Shown: positions 36,401-47,427, counted from the first letter of the stretch. The stretch: 64,000 bases of DNA from an uncultured Clostridia bacterium (GCA_904381285.1 CAJFII010000006.1:5801-69800), one strand, 5' to 3'. Numbers and translations: made by a program. Notes: a model not told the origin generated them from the letters alone.

Positions 36401-37494
36401 TATTTTCTCCTATTTTTTATCTTTTTTATTTTATTTATTCCTCTATTATAAAAACTAGAAATATTAGTTTTTACTTTCTTTATTGTTGTATATTGATTAT
36501 TGCTTTCCGACAACTTAGAATTTAAAAATTCATTCATTCTTGGATTGTACCAATTGGCTTCCTCTCTATTTCTTAACTTAGCATAAGTTGGTGCATCATC
36601 TACTTCTGGTATAACACCTAAGCTCATAAAATGACTTGAATTAAAGCAAAATGCACTTCTACAGCTATTTCCTACAGCTTTAAATTCAATTGGTTTACTT
36701 AAGTCTTCAAAAATATTTTGATCTTCTTTTTCACAATAACATCTTTTTACATTTCCTGTTACTAAATTTAAAATAATACTCCAATCTCCAGCATAACAAA
36801 ATTCTTTTCTTTTCACCATAAAATTTTTCATAGTAAAATCAAATAAAGGCGAATCAAACTTTTTACCTTCTTTAACATATTCATCACTGGTTTTTCCTGT
36901 GTATAATTTATATATTCCAGTTGTTTCGACTTCATCTTCATTACGTGTTGCTGCTACTTGTGGATATGCTCCAATCTTTTCCTTGCAAATCCTTTTTATT
37001 TCATCAATATATGGCATATATTTATCATACAAATTTAATTGAACCACAAATGAACATCCAGCTTCTTTCACTTTCTGTACATTTTCAAAAAAAGTATCTA
37101 GTAAATTTCTATTTATTAATTCCAGATAATGAAATGAAAATGCAAAATGTAATCTTTCCAACATTTCTTTTGGGAATAAAATAATTTCATTAAATCTTTC
37201 TGTAAGAGTGCCATTTGTAGTTACATTAACAAAGTGCCCTTGTTTTAATATTTCCTTTACAATTTGTATAACTTCTTTCTGTATTAGTGTCTCTCCAGCT
37301 CCACATATACTGATATATGAGGTCCCCCCAAGTCTTTCTTTCGAAAGAGCTTTTCCTATATGTTCAGGAGAATACTTAAATTTAGGAATTTCATTTTTTC
37401 TTCTATTTTGTTGTATAACATAACAGTAATCACATTTTAAGTTGCACGCTGTTACAGGAATTAGACATTCCACAAATCTTTTTATTTTTTCCAT
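36400..37494 (-). CDS. radical SAM enzyme with Cys-rich C-terminal (SPASM-like) region
   Basis: CNLKCDYC CxxxCxxC motif near the N-terminus. Additional Cys residues occur in the C-terminal part (CYAGD...RCYC...NSCRSAFC). Confidence 0.8.
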   Translation of the reverse strand: MEKIKRFVECLIPVTACNLKCDYCYVIQQNRRKNEIPKFKYSPEHIGKALSKERLGGTSYISICGAGETLIQKEVIQIVKEILKQGHFVNVTTNGTLTERFNEIILFPKEMLERLHFAFSFHYLELINRNLLDTFFENVQKVKEAGCSFVVQLNLYDKYMPYIDEIKRICKEKIGAYPQVAATRNEDEVETTGIYKLYTGKTSDEYVKEGKKFDSPLFDFTMKNFMVKRKEFCYAGDWSIILNLVTGNVKRCYCEKEDQNIFEDLSKPIEFKAVGNSCRSAFCFNSSHFMSLGVIPEVDDAPTYAKLRNREEANWYNPRMNEFLNSKLSESNNQYTTIKKVKTNISSFYNRGINKIKKIKNRRK

Positions 37495-37510
37495 TACCTT
37501 TCCTCCAATT

Positions 37511-39497
37511 TTATATAATATCTTCTAATATTCTTTTCATCTCATTATTTTTATAATGATAATATTTATTAAAATCAATACTATTTAATAATCTTTCTAC
37601 CTCTTCGCTATCTCTGGCAAATTTAACATATACATTTTCTTTAGAAATCCAATCATAAACACCTTTTACTTTGCCGCTACTATTTGCCAATGCAATACAT
37701 GGTGTACCTGTAATTGCAGCAAATATCATACCATGTAATCTATCTGTAATAAATAATTTTGTATGTGATATCTCATTTAATAATTCAAATAATTTCTTTT
37801 TTCCTTTATGAAATGAAAATTTACCTAGCAAAACAGTATCAATATATTTTATATTTTCACCTTTAAATTTAGCTAATATAATATCTTTTATTTTGTTTAC
37901 TTCATCATTTGATAGGACTTTTTCTTTATCTGCTCTGAAGCAAAACATAATATTCTTTCTTGCATGATCATTTTCTGAATAGTTCAAATAAGTAACAATA
38001 TCTGAAGTATATTTTGCATTAACTTCTAATGAAGTTTGGCAAAAATCAAATGTTTTTTTATCTCTACAGCATACTAAGAGATTTTTACAAGTTTTATATA
38101 CATTTTTATCTACTTTTAGTCTATAATTAGCATGTCTATCCTTTGCATAATATATAGTTTGAGGGAAAATAACAATCTTGTTATCTTTAAATGCCTCAAG
38201 CACTTTATTAACACCTATTTGTTCATGTTCCCATAATGTTCCTAGATTTCCTCCGCCTGTAATCATCACAATGTCATTTCTACTTACTCTATTTTTATAC
38301 TTTTTAATAAAATACTCAATTTGATGCGAAAGGATTTCAAAAGAAAGGATTCCTTTATCCTTTAATAATTCCTCCTCAGCTAATAAAATAGCATGATCCC
38401 CTAAATTTCCATGATTTGGTCCGTTGAATATTAAATATTGACATTGCTTTTTTTTCTTTGCTTTTTTATAGTAATTTTTATACTTTGTACTAAATATCAT
38501 ATAATCTAATATTCTTTCAATTTTTTTCTTGATTTTCTTTATTACTTTGCATCCAAACACAAATAATAAAAAGACATATCTAAAATTACAGAATAACTTA
38601 TATTTTATTTTTTCTTTTGGCGTAAAATCAATATCTGTGGCAAGTATTTCTTTTAAATATTTAAAATATTTTTTATAGATTTTACGGTCATAAAATTTGT
38701 ATTTATTGAGCGTCTTAAATAAATACCAAAACTGTCCTACAAACATTTTTAATGTTTCAATATAAAATGTTTCATTTTCATATCCGCATTTTTTAAAAAA
38801 ATTTATTCTATCATATAAAGAATCTAGTTCATCTAATAATTTCACATTAGAATTATGCATTATGCTTTCATCACGCTGATAATAAAAATATAATTCTTTA
38901 TTAGTTATTACAATTTTTGAAGAACTATTTAGTAAATAATGAATAATTGCTGCATCTTCAATTATTTTTCCTTCTGGATATCGAATTTTTTCAAATAATT
39001 CTTTCTTATATAACTTATTCCATGCAACTACTATTGTAAAATAATCATCATACATATGTTTCAATATATCGATATTTTCATATGTTTTTATTATTTCTGA
39101 ATTGTTGCTTTCGACTATTTCCTTTATATCATGAAATTCATATGCTCTACATATTGAAATATCTGATTGTGTGTTAATGATATTATTATATAAACATTCA
39201 TACATTTTTTCATCTATAAAATCATCACTATCTACAAACCCAATATATTTTCCTTTGGCTATCTCTATACCTGCATTTCTTGCTGATGACAATCCTCCAT
39301 TTTGTTTATGTATTGTTTTAACATTTAAATATTTATTTGCATATTGATCGCAAATAATTTCTGAACCATCATCTGATCCGATCATCAACCAAAATAATTT
39401 CTATGTTTTTATATGTTTGTTTTAAAATAGAGTCTACACATCTATTTAAAAATTGTTTTACATTATATACTGGTACTATTATACTGATTAAATCCAT
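37511..39497 (-). pseudogene. GT2 glycosyltransferase fused to polysaccharide pyruvyl transferase, with a +1 frameshift at about 39378-39381
   Basis: The 42-codon fragment MDLISIIVPVYNVKQFLNRCVDSILKQTYKNIEIILVDD (from the ATG at 39497) continues in another frame as GSDDGSEIICDQY... The C-terminal half has pyruvyl transferase motifs NHGNLGDHAIL and TDRLHGMIFAAITGTPCIAL. Confidence 0.8.
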
Positions 39498-39510
39498 ATT
39501 AGACTTCTCC

Positions 39511-40614
39511 TTATTTAATAATATTATTGACATATTTTAGAGCTTCGACTATTACTTTGTCCATATCATAATACTTATATTGTCCTAATCTTCCGCCAAA
39601 AATCACTTTACTATCTTTGTTAGCCAGTTCTCTATACTGTTCATATAATTTATTATTTTTTTCATCATTTACTGGATAATATGGTTCTTTATCTCTGGTC
39701 CAATTCTGTGGATATTCTCTTGTAATAACTGTTGTAGGTTGTTTTCCAAATTCAAAATGCTTATGTTCTATAATCCTTGTATATGGAATTTCATATTCTG
39801 TATAATTTACAACTGCATTGCCTTGATAATTTTCTTCTTGCAAAATTTCTGTTTCAAATTTTAAACTTCGATATTCTAATTCACCATATTTATAATTATA
39901 ATACTTATCTATCATTCCTGTAAATACTATTTTTTCTGCAATATTTTCATACTCTTCTTTATTATCAAAAAAATCTGTATTTAATTTTACATGTATTCCT
40001 GATAACATTTTTTCAACAATCCTAGTGTATCCACCTATTGGTATTCCCTGATATTTATCATTAAAATAATTATTATCATAAATAAAACGAACTGGCAACC
40101 TTTTTATTATAAAACTAGGTAACTCTGTTGCTTTTTTTCCCCATTGTTTTTCTGTATATCCTTTTACTAGTTTTTCATATATTGTTTTTCCAACTAAGCT
40201 TATTGCTTGCTCTTCTAAGTTTTTAGGAGTTGTAATTCCTGCTTCTTTCTTTTCCTCTTCAATCTTTTCTGCTGCCTCTTTAGGAGTAATTACTCCCCAT
40301 AATTTATTAAATGTATTCATATTAAAAGGCATATTATATAACTCATCTTTATATCTTGCAACTGGTGAGTTTGTATAACGGTTAAATTCTGCAAATTTAT
40401 TAATATATTCCCATACTTCTTTACTGTTTGTATGAAATATATGTGCCCCATATTTATGTACGTTAATTCCATCAATTTCTTCAGTATAAATATTACCAGC
40501 TATATGAGGACGCTTGTCTATAACTAAACACTTTTTTCCTCTTTTATTGGCTTCATATGCAAAAGTTGCTCCAAATAACCCCGCTCCAACAATCAGATAA
40601 TCATATTTTTTCAT
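39511..40614 (-). CDS. glf: UDP-galactopyranose mutase
   Basis: FAD motif YLIVGAGLFGATFA, HKYGAHIFHTN, and the typical 367-aa length. Confidence 0.95.
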   Translation of the reverse strand: MKKYDYLIVGAGLFGATFAYEANKRGKKCLVIDKRPHIAGNIYTEEIDGINVHKYGAHIFHTNSKEVWEYINKFAEFNRYTNSPVARYKDELYNMPFNMNTFNKLWGVITPKEAAEKIEEEKKEAGITTPKNLEEQAISLVGKTIYEKLVKGYTEKQWGKKATELPSFIIKRLPVRFIYDNNYFNDKYQGIPIGGYTRIVEKMLSGIHVKLNTDFFDNKEEYENIAEKIVFTGMIDKYYNYKYGELEYRSLKFETEILQEENYQGNAVVNYTEYEIPYTRIIEHKHFEFGKQPTTVITREYPQNWTRDKEPYYPVNDEKNNKLYEQYRELANKDSKVIFGGRLGQYKYYDMDKVIVEALKYVNNIIK

Positions 40615-41564
40615 TTAATCTTCTCTCCTTTATATTTCCATCCAGGTTTATATATTTCATGCAATCCTGTTTTACCTCTTTTGGCATCTTTCATTCCTTC
40701 TAAATTCATAACATTAGAAATATATTGTTTTTTAATAATTTTTTTAATAACAATTTTTATATTCTGTGATATAAATTGTTTTATGTATTCAAAATAAAAA
40801 TATCTTTTTGGAAAATGTTCTCTTATAAAAATCATTTTATTTCTTGAGCCATAGTATGTTTTCCATGTTATTTTATTGTCACTAACAGTATCATGATTTA
40901 TTTTCACTTCTGGAACGCATATAATTGGTTTTTCTTTTCTTAGTCTATATGAATGTTCTGTATCATCATAGTAAATAAAAAAGTCTTTTCTTGTACTGCC
41001 ACATTTTTTTAACACTTCTTTATTTATCATTGTACCAACATATGAAAATAAGTCTACATTAAAATATTTATTATCATACTCCTCTTTTGGTACATTGTAT
41101 TCCTTTATAAAAAATAGTCCTTTTTTCACTCTTCTCCTATGATCAAAATCTATTTTTCCATTATTTATAATCTCACCACATATGGCCGAAAACTCTGTAA
41201 AATCAATCTCTTTAGAAAGTTTATTTAATTCTTCAAAAGCATTTGTCTGAGGATAAGCATCGTCATCCGCAACCCATATCCAAGAAGCATTCATTTTCTT
41301 TGCTTCCTCTAGTCCAGTGTAAAATCCTCCGCTTCCACCTATATTTTTTTCTAGGTTAACCACATACTTTTCATAGTTTGTTTTTATGTTTTTCCATTCT
41401 TCTAAAAACTCTTTTGTTCCATCTGTACTATTATTATTTACTATTAAAATATAATGTGGTAAATAAGTCTGATTATTATATTTTTCTAAAGCTTTTTTCA
41501 ATTCTTCTATCCTATTATAAGTAACTAAAACTACTCCTATATTTAATGTGTTTTTTTCCATCAT
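40611..41564 (-). CDS. GT2-family glycosyltransferase (possible galactofuranosyltransferase)
   Basis: VVLVTYNR...NNNSTDGT...ADDDAYP pattern. The stop overlaps the glf start (ATGA). Confidence 0.75.
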   Translation of the reverse strand: MMEKNTLNIGVVLVTYNRIEELKKALEKYNNQTYLPHYILIVNNNSTDGTKEFLEEWKNIKTNYEKYVVNLEKNIGGSGGFYTGLEEAKKMNASWIWVADDDAYPQTNAFEELNKLSKEIDFTEFSAICGEIINNGKIDFDHRRRVKKGLFFIKEYNVPKEEYDNKYFNVDLFSYVGTMINKEVLKKCGSTRKDFFIYYDDTEHSYRLRKEKPIICVPEVKINHDTVSDNKITWKTYYGSRNKMIFIREHFPKRYFYFEYIKQFISQNIKIVIKKIIKKQYISNVMNLEGMKDAKRGKTGLHEIYKPGWKYKGEKIK

Positions 41565-41573
41565 AACTCCTTT

Positions 41574-42431
41574 TTATTTGCTAGTATATCCCTTCCATAA
41601 AATTTTATAATATACATTATATAAAAATATATCCAAATTTTTTAGCGTTTCCGCAAAAAAATCTTTTTTATAATTATGTTTATAATAAATTGCTCTTTTT
41701 AATTTTTTTAAATCTTTTTTATTATATTCTTTATTATTCTCTAAAGCTTGTATCAAATCCAACTGAGAATTAAACATCTTTTCTTTATCTAACGATACAT
41801 TTTCTCCCGTGTATTTATGAATATATATAATGTTATAATTACATACTATTTTAGCATTATCATTAAACATAAGCAACCATAGTAAATAATCATCTGCTCC
41901 ATTAGCCTGCATTGTATTTTGTAGCCAATATTCTGGAATACTTTCTTTTCTTATTAAACATTGCCCTGGAGAAATTATAAAATTTCTTGCTAATATATAT
42001 GGCATTTTTTTAATAGAAAATTTTTGTGAAAATTTATTTGCAAAAATTTTATTAGATCCTTTTTCGTCTTCATATAATCCATTTCCTAGTACCATATCAG
42101 CCCCATCTTGTATACTGTCTAATTGAGTAATCAAAGCATTCTCTGCTATTTCATCATCTTGATCCAAAAATAAAATATATTTCCCTTTAGCTTCTTTCAC
42201 TCCAACAATTCTTGATTCATGGATTCCTATATTGGTTTTATTTTCAATAATTCTAAATTTAACATTTTTTATTAAATTTTCATCATATTCTATTTTTATT
42301 TCTGGGCTATCATTTACAAAAATTATCTCTACTTTCCCAGCAATTTTATCACATGCTTTTATTACATTTTTCAAATATGAATTTATATATTTATTTCCAT
42401 GGTATATTGGTGTAATAATCGATATATCCAT
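41574..42431 (-). CDS. GT2-family glycosyltransferase
   Basis: ISIITPIYHGNKY...FVNDSP...LDQDDE pattern. Confidence 0.75.
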   Translation of the reverse strand: MDISIITPIYHGNKYINSYLKNVIKACDKIAGKVEIIFVNDSPEIKIEYDENLIKNVKFRIIENKTNIGIHESRIVGVKEAKGKYILFLDQDDEIAENALITQLDSIQDGADMVLGNGLYEDEKGSNKIFANKFSQKFSIKKMPYILARNFIISPGQCLIRKESIPEYWLQNTMQANGADDYLLWLLMFNDNAKIVCNYNIIYIHKYTGENVSLDKEKMFNSQLDLIQALENNKEYNKKDLKKLKRAIYYKHNYKKDFFAETLKNLDIFLYNVYYKILWKGYTSK

Positions 42432-42445
42432 ATATACTACCTTCC

Positions 42446-43588
42446 TTAACTCTTATCATATATTTGTTCAAAGTTTTTAATATAACTTTGTAACGAAAAA
42501 AGTTCTTTCTGTCTCATATATGAATTTTGTCCCATTTTTTTATAATCCGTTAACAGCATTTTTTCTATCTTATTAGATAAGTCTTCTATATCTCTCGGAG
42601 TCGCAAAAAAGCCATTAAAATCTTCTTTTACCATTTCGCAAACCCCACCATGTTCATAGGCAACTATTGGTTTTCCAGTAGCCATACTCTCTAGTACAAC
42701 TGTTGGAAGTGGATCTGGATCTATACTTGGTAAAACGAATATATCAAATAAATTGTGTATATTCTTTGTATCTTCCCTAAAATCACTTATGATTATTCTA
42801 TCTGAATTTTCTTGTTTTGCAATATATTCTTCTAATTCTTTTTTTCTCCATTCTTGCCCTTCAAATACGCCACCTACAAGAATTGCATATAAATCTGTAT
42901 ATTTTTTTAACAATTTATTTGTCGCATCAATAAAATCCTTTTGTCCTTTCCAGGCATTAATTCTTCCTATCATTCCTATTATTTTAGAATTCTCTGGTAT
43001 TTTAAATTCTTCTTTCAAATAGCTAACATCATTATCTGAATTAAAAATTTCATTGTCAACGCCATTATAGATAACTTTAATTTCTCTTTTAAACTTTGCC
43101 ATTGTCTCTAAATGTTTTTTTACAGCATTTGAAACAACAATAACTTTATCAGCACTTTTTGCAACTATTTTTGATAATATTTTGGCTATTATTTTAGGTT
43201 TTTCTAGTATTTCATGTATATGCCAAATTAGTTTTACTTTCGTTTTACGTTTTACATATACTCCCTCTAAAACTGCAATAGTATTAACATGTAAAATATC
43301 TATATTATATTCTTCAACTTTATTTACCAAAATTTTTGAATATTTTATATATTCTGTTATGTACTTAAAAATTCCTTTTATGTTAAAATATTGCCTTCTT
43401 AAAATTGGGTATGATACCACTTCAACATTTATATTATTTTGTTTCATTTTTTCTACTAAGGGTCCATCACATGGAAGTATTACATATGGTTTATATTTTT
43501 CCTTGTCAATTCCTTTTATTAAATTTAATAATACTATATCTGCACCATATAATTCTGCACCAGCATGTATATACAATATATTTTTCAT
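42446..43588 (-). CDS. GT4-family (group 1) glycosyltransferase
   Basis: C-terminal E-x7-E type motif region LPTVVLESMATGKPIVAYEHGG. 380 aa. Confidence 0.8.
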   Translation of the reverse strand: MKNILYIHAGAELYGADIVLLNLIKGIDKEKYKPYVILPCDGPLVEKMKQNNINVEVVSYPILRRQYFNIKGIFKYITEYIKYSKILVNKVEEYNIDILHVNTIAVLEGVYVKRKTKVKLIWHIHEILEKPKIIAKILSKIVAKSADKVIVVSNAVKKHLETMAKFKREIKVIYNGVDNEIFNSDNDVSYLKEEFKIPENSKIIGMIGRINAWKGQKDFIDATNKLLKKYTDLYAILVGGVFEGQEWRKKELEEYIAKQENSDRIIISDFREDTKNIHNLFDIFVLPSIDPDPLPTVVLESMATGKPIVAYEHGGVCEMVKEDFNGFFATPRDIEDLSNKIEKMLLTDYKKMGQNSYMRQKELFSLQSYIKNFEQIYDKS

Positions 43589-44823
43589 TATTTTTCCTCT
43601 TCCTTCATATGTTCTTCAATTCTATTTTCTGTCCATTTACTTGCAATTACACCATATAATGCCCAAGTTAATCCACTAGTAAAATGTCCTCCAAAAATTT
43701 GATATGCTACAAGAAATACTAATAAGCCAACCTTAGCCAATGAATATTCTTTAAAAGTATGTTTCGTTAAATATGCAATAAGTACTATTAAAAATACTAC
43801 CGCAAAAACTCCGCCTTCAATAATAAAATATATAAATGAATTTGCAAGAACCTCTGCTATTCCGGAACCTGAATGTTCTACTCTAAAGTTATGTGTATTT
43901 AAATTTCCAAATCCACATCCAATATAATTATAATCTTCAAAACTTGTAGCTAAAATTTCCAGACTTAAATCCACTCTATAACTATTGGATGAATCCTTTC
44001 CATTTATTGTATCTATTGCTCTCATAATAATAGATGAATTATTAAGGTACATTATTATCACTACAATAACACTTGCTATTAGCAAACAAAAATACGAAAT
44101 AAGTTTTTTCTTGGTAAATCTTTTTATTAAATTCCATAAAAGCATAGCACCTATTGTTCCTGCTAATATCACTATTGATCCAAATGGCCTTGCAAAATAT
44201 AATACTAATAAATTAGTAATTATACATAGAACATTAATCAACTTTTCTTTTCTCTCTTTAATTGTAAAGAAATATGAAAGTAATATAATTATCAGTATTG
44301 ATGTATGGAATCCCAATTCACTTGGTTCTAAATAGGTAAACTGTAATCTTGTTGTGTTGTATTTGTTAACAACATCGTTAAATCTCCATAATATAGCATT
44401 ATCTCTTAATATTAATGAAATAATTAAAAATATCCCCATAAAAGCTGTTGAAATTTTTGCAGTTTTATATATATCAATTTTATCTATATGTTCCTTGGCA
44501 TACAACATTGTTAATATACAAATTACTATTTTAGCGACATTAATAACTAATTTAGAAACTACTATTTCCTTTGAAACCAAAAATTGTAAAATAGCATGAA
44601 ATATTAACGGCATTATTATTATAACTAAATTTGCCGTTATTTTTTTCTTTTTTATTCTTTCAAAAAACTCTAGAATCCCCATAAAAAAGAATGGGTCTAA
44701 ATTTCCTGCTAATTGAGTGGAATTAGTTTTAGACAAGAATTGACCCGATTGTCTAAAGAAATACATTACAGAAATTATAAATTCTTTAATACTTCGTCTT
44801 TTTTTATTTGAATATTGTTTCAT
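43588..44823 (-). CDS. O-antigen polymerase/ligase-like (Wzy-type) membrane protein
   Basis: 411 aa and polytopic (about 10-11 TM segments), in the cps context. The start overlaps the upstream gene. Confidence 0.65.
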   Translation of the reverse strand: MKQYSNKKRRSIKEFIISVMYFFRQSGQFLSKTNSTQLAGNLDPFFFMGILEFFERIKKKKITANLVIIIMPLIFHAILQFLVSKEIVVSKLVINVAKIVICILTMLYAKEHIDKIDIYKTAKISTAFMGIFLIISLILRDNAILWRFNDVVNKYNTTRLQFTYLEPSELGFHTSILIIILLSYFFTIKERKEKLINVLCIITNLLVLYFARPFGSIVILAGTIGAMLLWNLIKRFTKKKLISYFCLLIASVIVVIIMYLNNSSIIMRAIDTINGKDSSNSYRVDLSLEILATSFEDYNYIGCGFGNLNTHNFRVEHSGSGIAEVLANSFIYFIIEGGVFAVVFLIVLIAYLTKHTFKEYSLAKVGLLVFLVAYQIFGGHFTSGLTWALYGVIASKWTENRIEEHMKEEEK

Positions 44824-45961
44824 ATTTATCTATTATCCTCTCCCAAGAATAGTACTCTTTTATCCTATTTTTAGCTTTATTGGAAAATTTTTCTATATCT
44901 GCTTGTGAAATACTATCCAATTTGTTTAATAAATCGGATAAACTATTTTCTTCTTTTTTCCAATAAAGTGCTCCATCTTCTCCTACTTCTTGGTTAAATC
45001 CTACATCTAATAAAAGATTTAGTTTTGTGCTTGCTAAAGCTTCTAATAAAGATGGATTAGTTCCCCCTACTTCATGACCATGAATATACCCATATGCATT
45101 TTCTCGAATTTTCTTTAACAAGTCTTGGTCATATACTGTTCCTACAAATTTAATTCTTTTATCTTTATCAAAATTTGTTTTTTCTTTTAGTCGTTCATAA
45201 AACTTATTATTTTCAACATTAGTAATTAAAACAAAATCTTTATTTGTCTTAGATTTCATATACTCTGTTATCATAGTTTCATAATTGTTTTCAGGCACAA
45301 ATCTACCAACAACCAAATAATATTCATTTGGTTGTATTTCTTTTTCTTTATACCAATCTAATAGTTTAGAACTATCATTTTTTAAATTACTAGTAGTTAT
45401 ATCTGCTCCATATGCTATAAATGTCGTCTTTGGATTATATTTTCCATACTCTTCTTTTATATATTTTTCAATATTAACAGAATCGCAAATTAATAAATCA
45501 GCATGTTTTACCATTAATTTTTCTGAAAATTTCCAATATTTTTTAATTAGCCAATTCCATTTGGCTCTCTTCCATTCATGTCCATCTGGATTAACAAACA
45601 CCTTGCAATTTAATTTATGTAATTTTCTTTTATAATGTTTTATAAAAGGTCCTATTCTGCATGCTAGTATATACACTATCGCATTATCAATATTATTTTT
45701 CTTAATGTATTTCACTATATTTTTTAGTGCAAATAAATCATAATATACTGCTTTTGCTGGTCCAATATTAGGTACATTTACATTAAAACATCTAGCTTCA
45801 TTGTATTCAAATTCTTTATTGTCTTTTCCCATACATGCAACATGATATTTTATACTTTTAATAACTTTTTTTTCAGTTAATTTATCAACAAAAGTTTCAA
45901 AACCTCCATATTTCGCTGGAATCCCTTTTGAACCTATTATAAAAATATTTTTCTTATGCAT
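44804..45961 (-). CDS. DUF1972-containing GT1/GT4 glycosyltransferase (rhamnosyltransferase-like, WchF/RgpA type)
   Basis: N-terminus IFIIGSKGIPAKYGGFETFVDKL is characteristic of DUF1972. It lies next to the priming transferase. Confidence 0.75.
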   Translation of the reverse strand: MHKKNIFIIGSKGIPAKYGGFETFVDKLTEKKVIKSIKYHVACMGKDNKEFEYNEARCFNVNVPNIGPAKAVYYDLFALKNIVKYIKKNNIDNAIVYILACRIGPFIKHYKRKLHKLNCKVFVNPDGHEWKRAKWNWLIKKYWKFSEKLMVKHADLLICDSVNIEKYIKEEYGKYNPKTTFIAYGADITTSNLKNDSSKLLDWYKEKEIQPNEYYLVVGRFVPENNYETMITEYMKSKTNKDFVLITNVENNKFYERLKEKTNFDKDKRIKFVGTVYDQDLLKKIRENAYGYIHGHEVGGTNPSLLEALASTKLNLLLDVGFNQEVGEDGALYWKKEENSLSDLLNKLDSISQADIEKFSNKAKNRIKEYYSWERIIDKYETIFK

Positions 45962-45962
45962 T

Positions 45963-46709
45963 TTAAATTGCTCCTTCTTTTTTTATAACCTTCATTATAG
46001 TTTTTAAAACTATTACGATGTCCCTTCTATTTCCCCTTCTAGCGCAATATTCTTTATCTAATTCTAATCTATCTATAAATTCTAACTTATTTCTTCCAGC
46101 TACTTGCCAAGGTCCTGTCACTCCTGGTTTCATTTGCACAATATAGTCATAGTACTCTCCCATATCATCTCTTTCCCTTGGTAAATATGGTCTAGGTCCA
46201 ACTAAACTCATTTCTCCTTTTAAAACATTAATAAATTGTGGAAATTCATCTAAGCTTGTTGCTCTCAAAAATTTTCCAAACTTTGTAATTCTTGGATCAT
46301 TTTTTATTTTTTTATGTTCCATGTATTCTTTTCCAATCTCCGTTTGTTCTTCAATATGTTTTTGTAATATTTGTTCTGCACCTACTACCATTGTTCTAAA
46401 TTTATACATTTTAAATATTTTTCCATTTTTTCCTATACGATTTTGTGTAAATAAAATAGGTCCATTATTTTTTGATATTGCATTGCAAATAATCACAAAC
46501 AAACTTATAGGTAAAAGAAGTATACAACCTACAATTCCTGCCAGTAAGTCAATTCCTCTTTTTATTGTTTGACTTATAGCATTTCTAATTTTAATCTTTG
46601 TAATTTTATTATTCATATCTTTTATTTTGATTTCATTTTGCATAATATCACTATCTATTGTTGAAATCTTATTATCTATTATCGAAATATTAGATTGTCC
46701 AATATTCAA
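45963..46709 (-). CDS. undecaprenyl-phosphate sugar phosphotransferase (bacterial sugar transferase, WbaP/CpsE C-terminal type)
   Basis: DEFPQFINVLKGEMSLVGPRP motif. The TTG at 46709 is preceded by GGGGGAG; the ORF track extends it to 46739. Confidence 0.85.
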   Translation of the reverse strand: MNIGQSNISIIDNKISTIDSDIMQNEIKIKDMNNKITKIKIRNAISQTIKRGIDLLAGIVGCILLLPISLFVIICNAISKNNGPILFTQNRIGKNGKIFKMYKFRTMVVGAEQILQKHIEEQTEIGKEYMEHKKIKNDPRITKFGKFLRATSLDEFPQFINVLKGEMSLVGPRPYLPRERDDMGEYYDYIVQMKPGVTGPWQVAGRNKLEFIDRLELDKEYCARRGNRRDIVIVLKTIMKVIKKEGAI

Positions 46710-47203
46710 CCTATTCTCCCCCTTTTTAATTTTGCCCAATTTATTATATATTTTACAATTCTATTTATGAATAAAAAAATACATATTCCTGTAAATATTC
46801 CAATTGAATCTATTAAAACATCTTCCATTTTTCCACTTCTACCAATTATAAATAGTTGGTGTATTTCATCTGTTATTGCATATAATATTCCAATAATCGC
46901 ACTATATATTATTGCTTTTTTATTTTCTAACAAAAACATATGCATACAATTAATTAGTAATATTCCTCCTAATGTATATATAGTATAATGTGCTATTTTT
47001 CTAATTATTGGATTTATTATTTCCATTAATTCGTTTTTTTCTTCCTTGCTTAATTGTTTTTTTGTATCAAATAAATTTATTATAATTTCTGAAACTTTTT
47101 CACTTGTTTTACTGGATCCTGTTCCTGGTTGATGTGAAAAATAAAATATTGTAATCATCCATATTATTATTAGCAATATAGATATTATTTTTCTAAAATT
47201 CAT
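46706..47203 (-). CDS. VanZ-like family membrane protein (second copy)
   Basis: KIAHYTIYTLGG and TDEIHQLFIIGRSGKMEDVLIDSIG motifs. The ATG at 47203 is preceded by GGGAG. Confidence 0.8.
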   Translation of the reverse strand: MNFRKIISILLIIIWMITIFYFSHQPGTGSSKTSEKVSEIIINLFDTKKQLSKEEKNELMEIINPIIRKIAHYTIYTLGGILLINCMHMFLLENKKAIIYSAIIGILYAITDEIHQLFIIGRSGKMEDVLIDSIGIFTGICIFLFINRIVKYIINWAKLKRGRIG

Positions 47204-47370
47204 AAAAACTCCCATGTAAAATATTATAGCAAAATCAAGTAGTTTTTTCAAGGTTTTTCTACCTTCTTTTCCATAATACTACAATACTGTTTTTTATTCA
47301 AGTATTTTTAATGAAATGTAATGTTATTGTAATAATTGAATGATATTATGTAACATAACAAAATTACAAT

Positions 47371-47406
47371 AAAAATAGAAGTATTAAGTATAATACTTCT
47401 ATTTTT
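47371..47406 (-). terminator. intrinsic terminator after the 1077-aa protein gene
   Basis: Perfect 16-bp stem AAAAATAGAAGTATTA / TAATACTTCTATTTTT with an AGTA loop. Confidence 0.75.
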
Positions 47407-47427
47407 ATTGTAAAAAGATGTTTCTTC

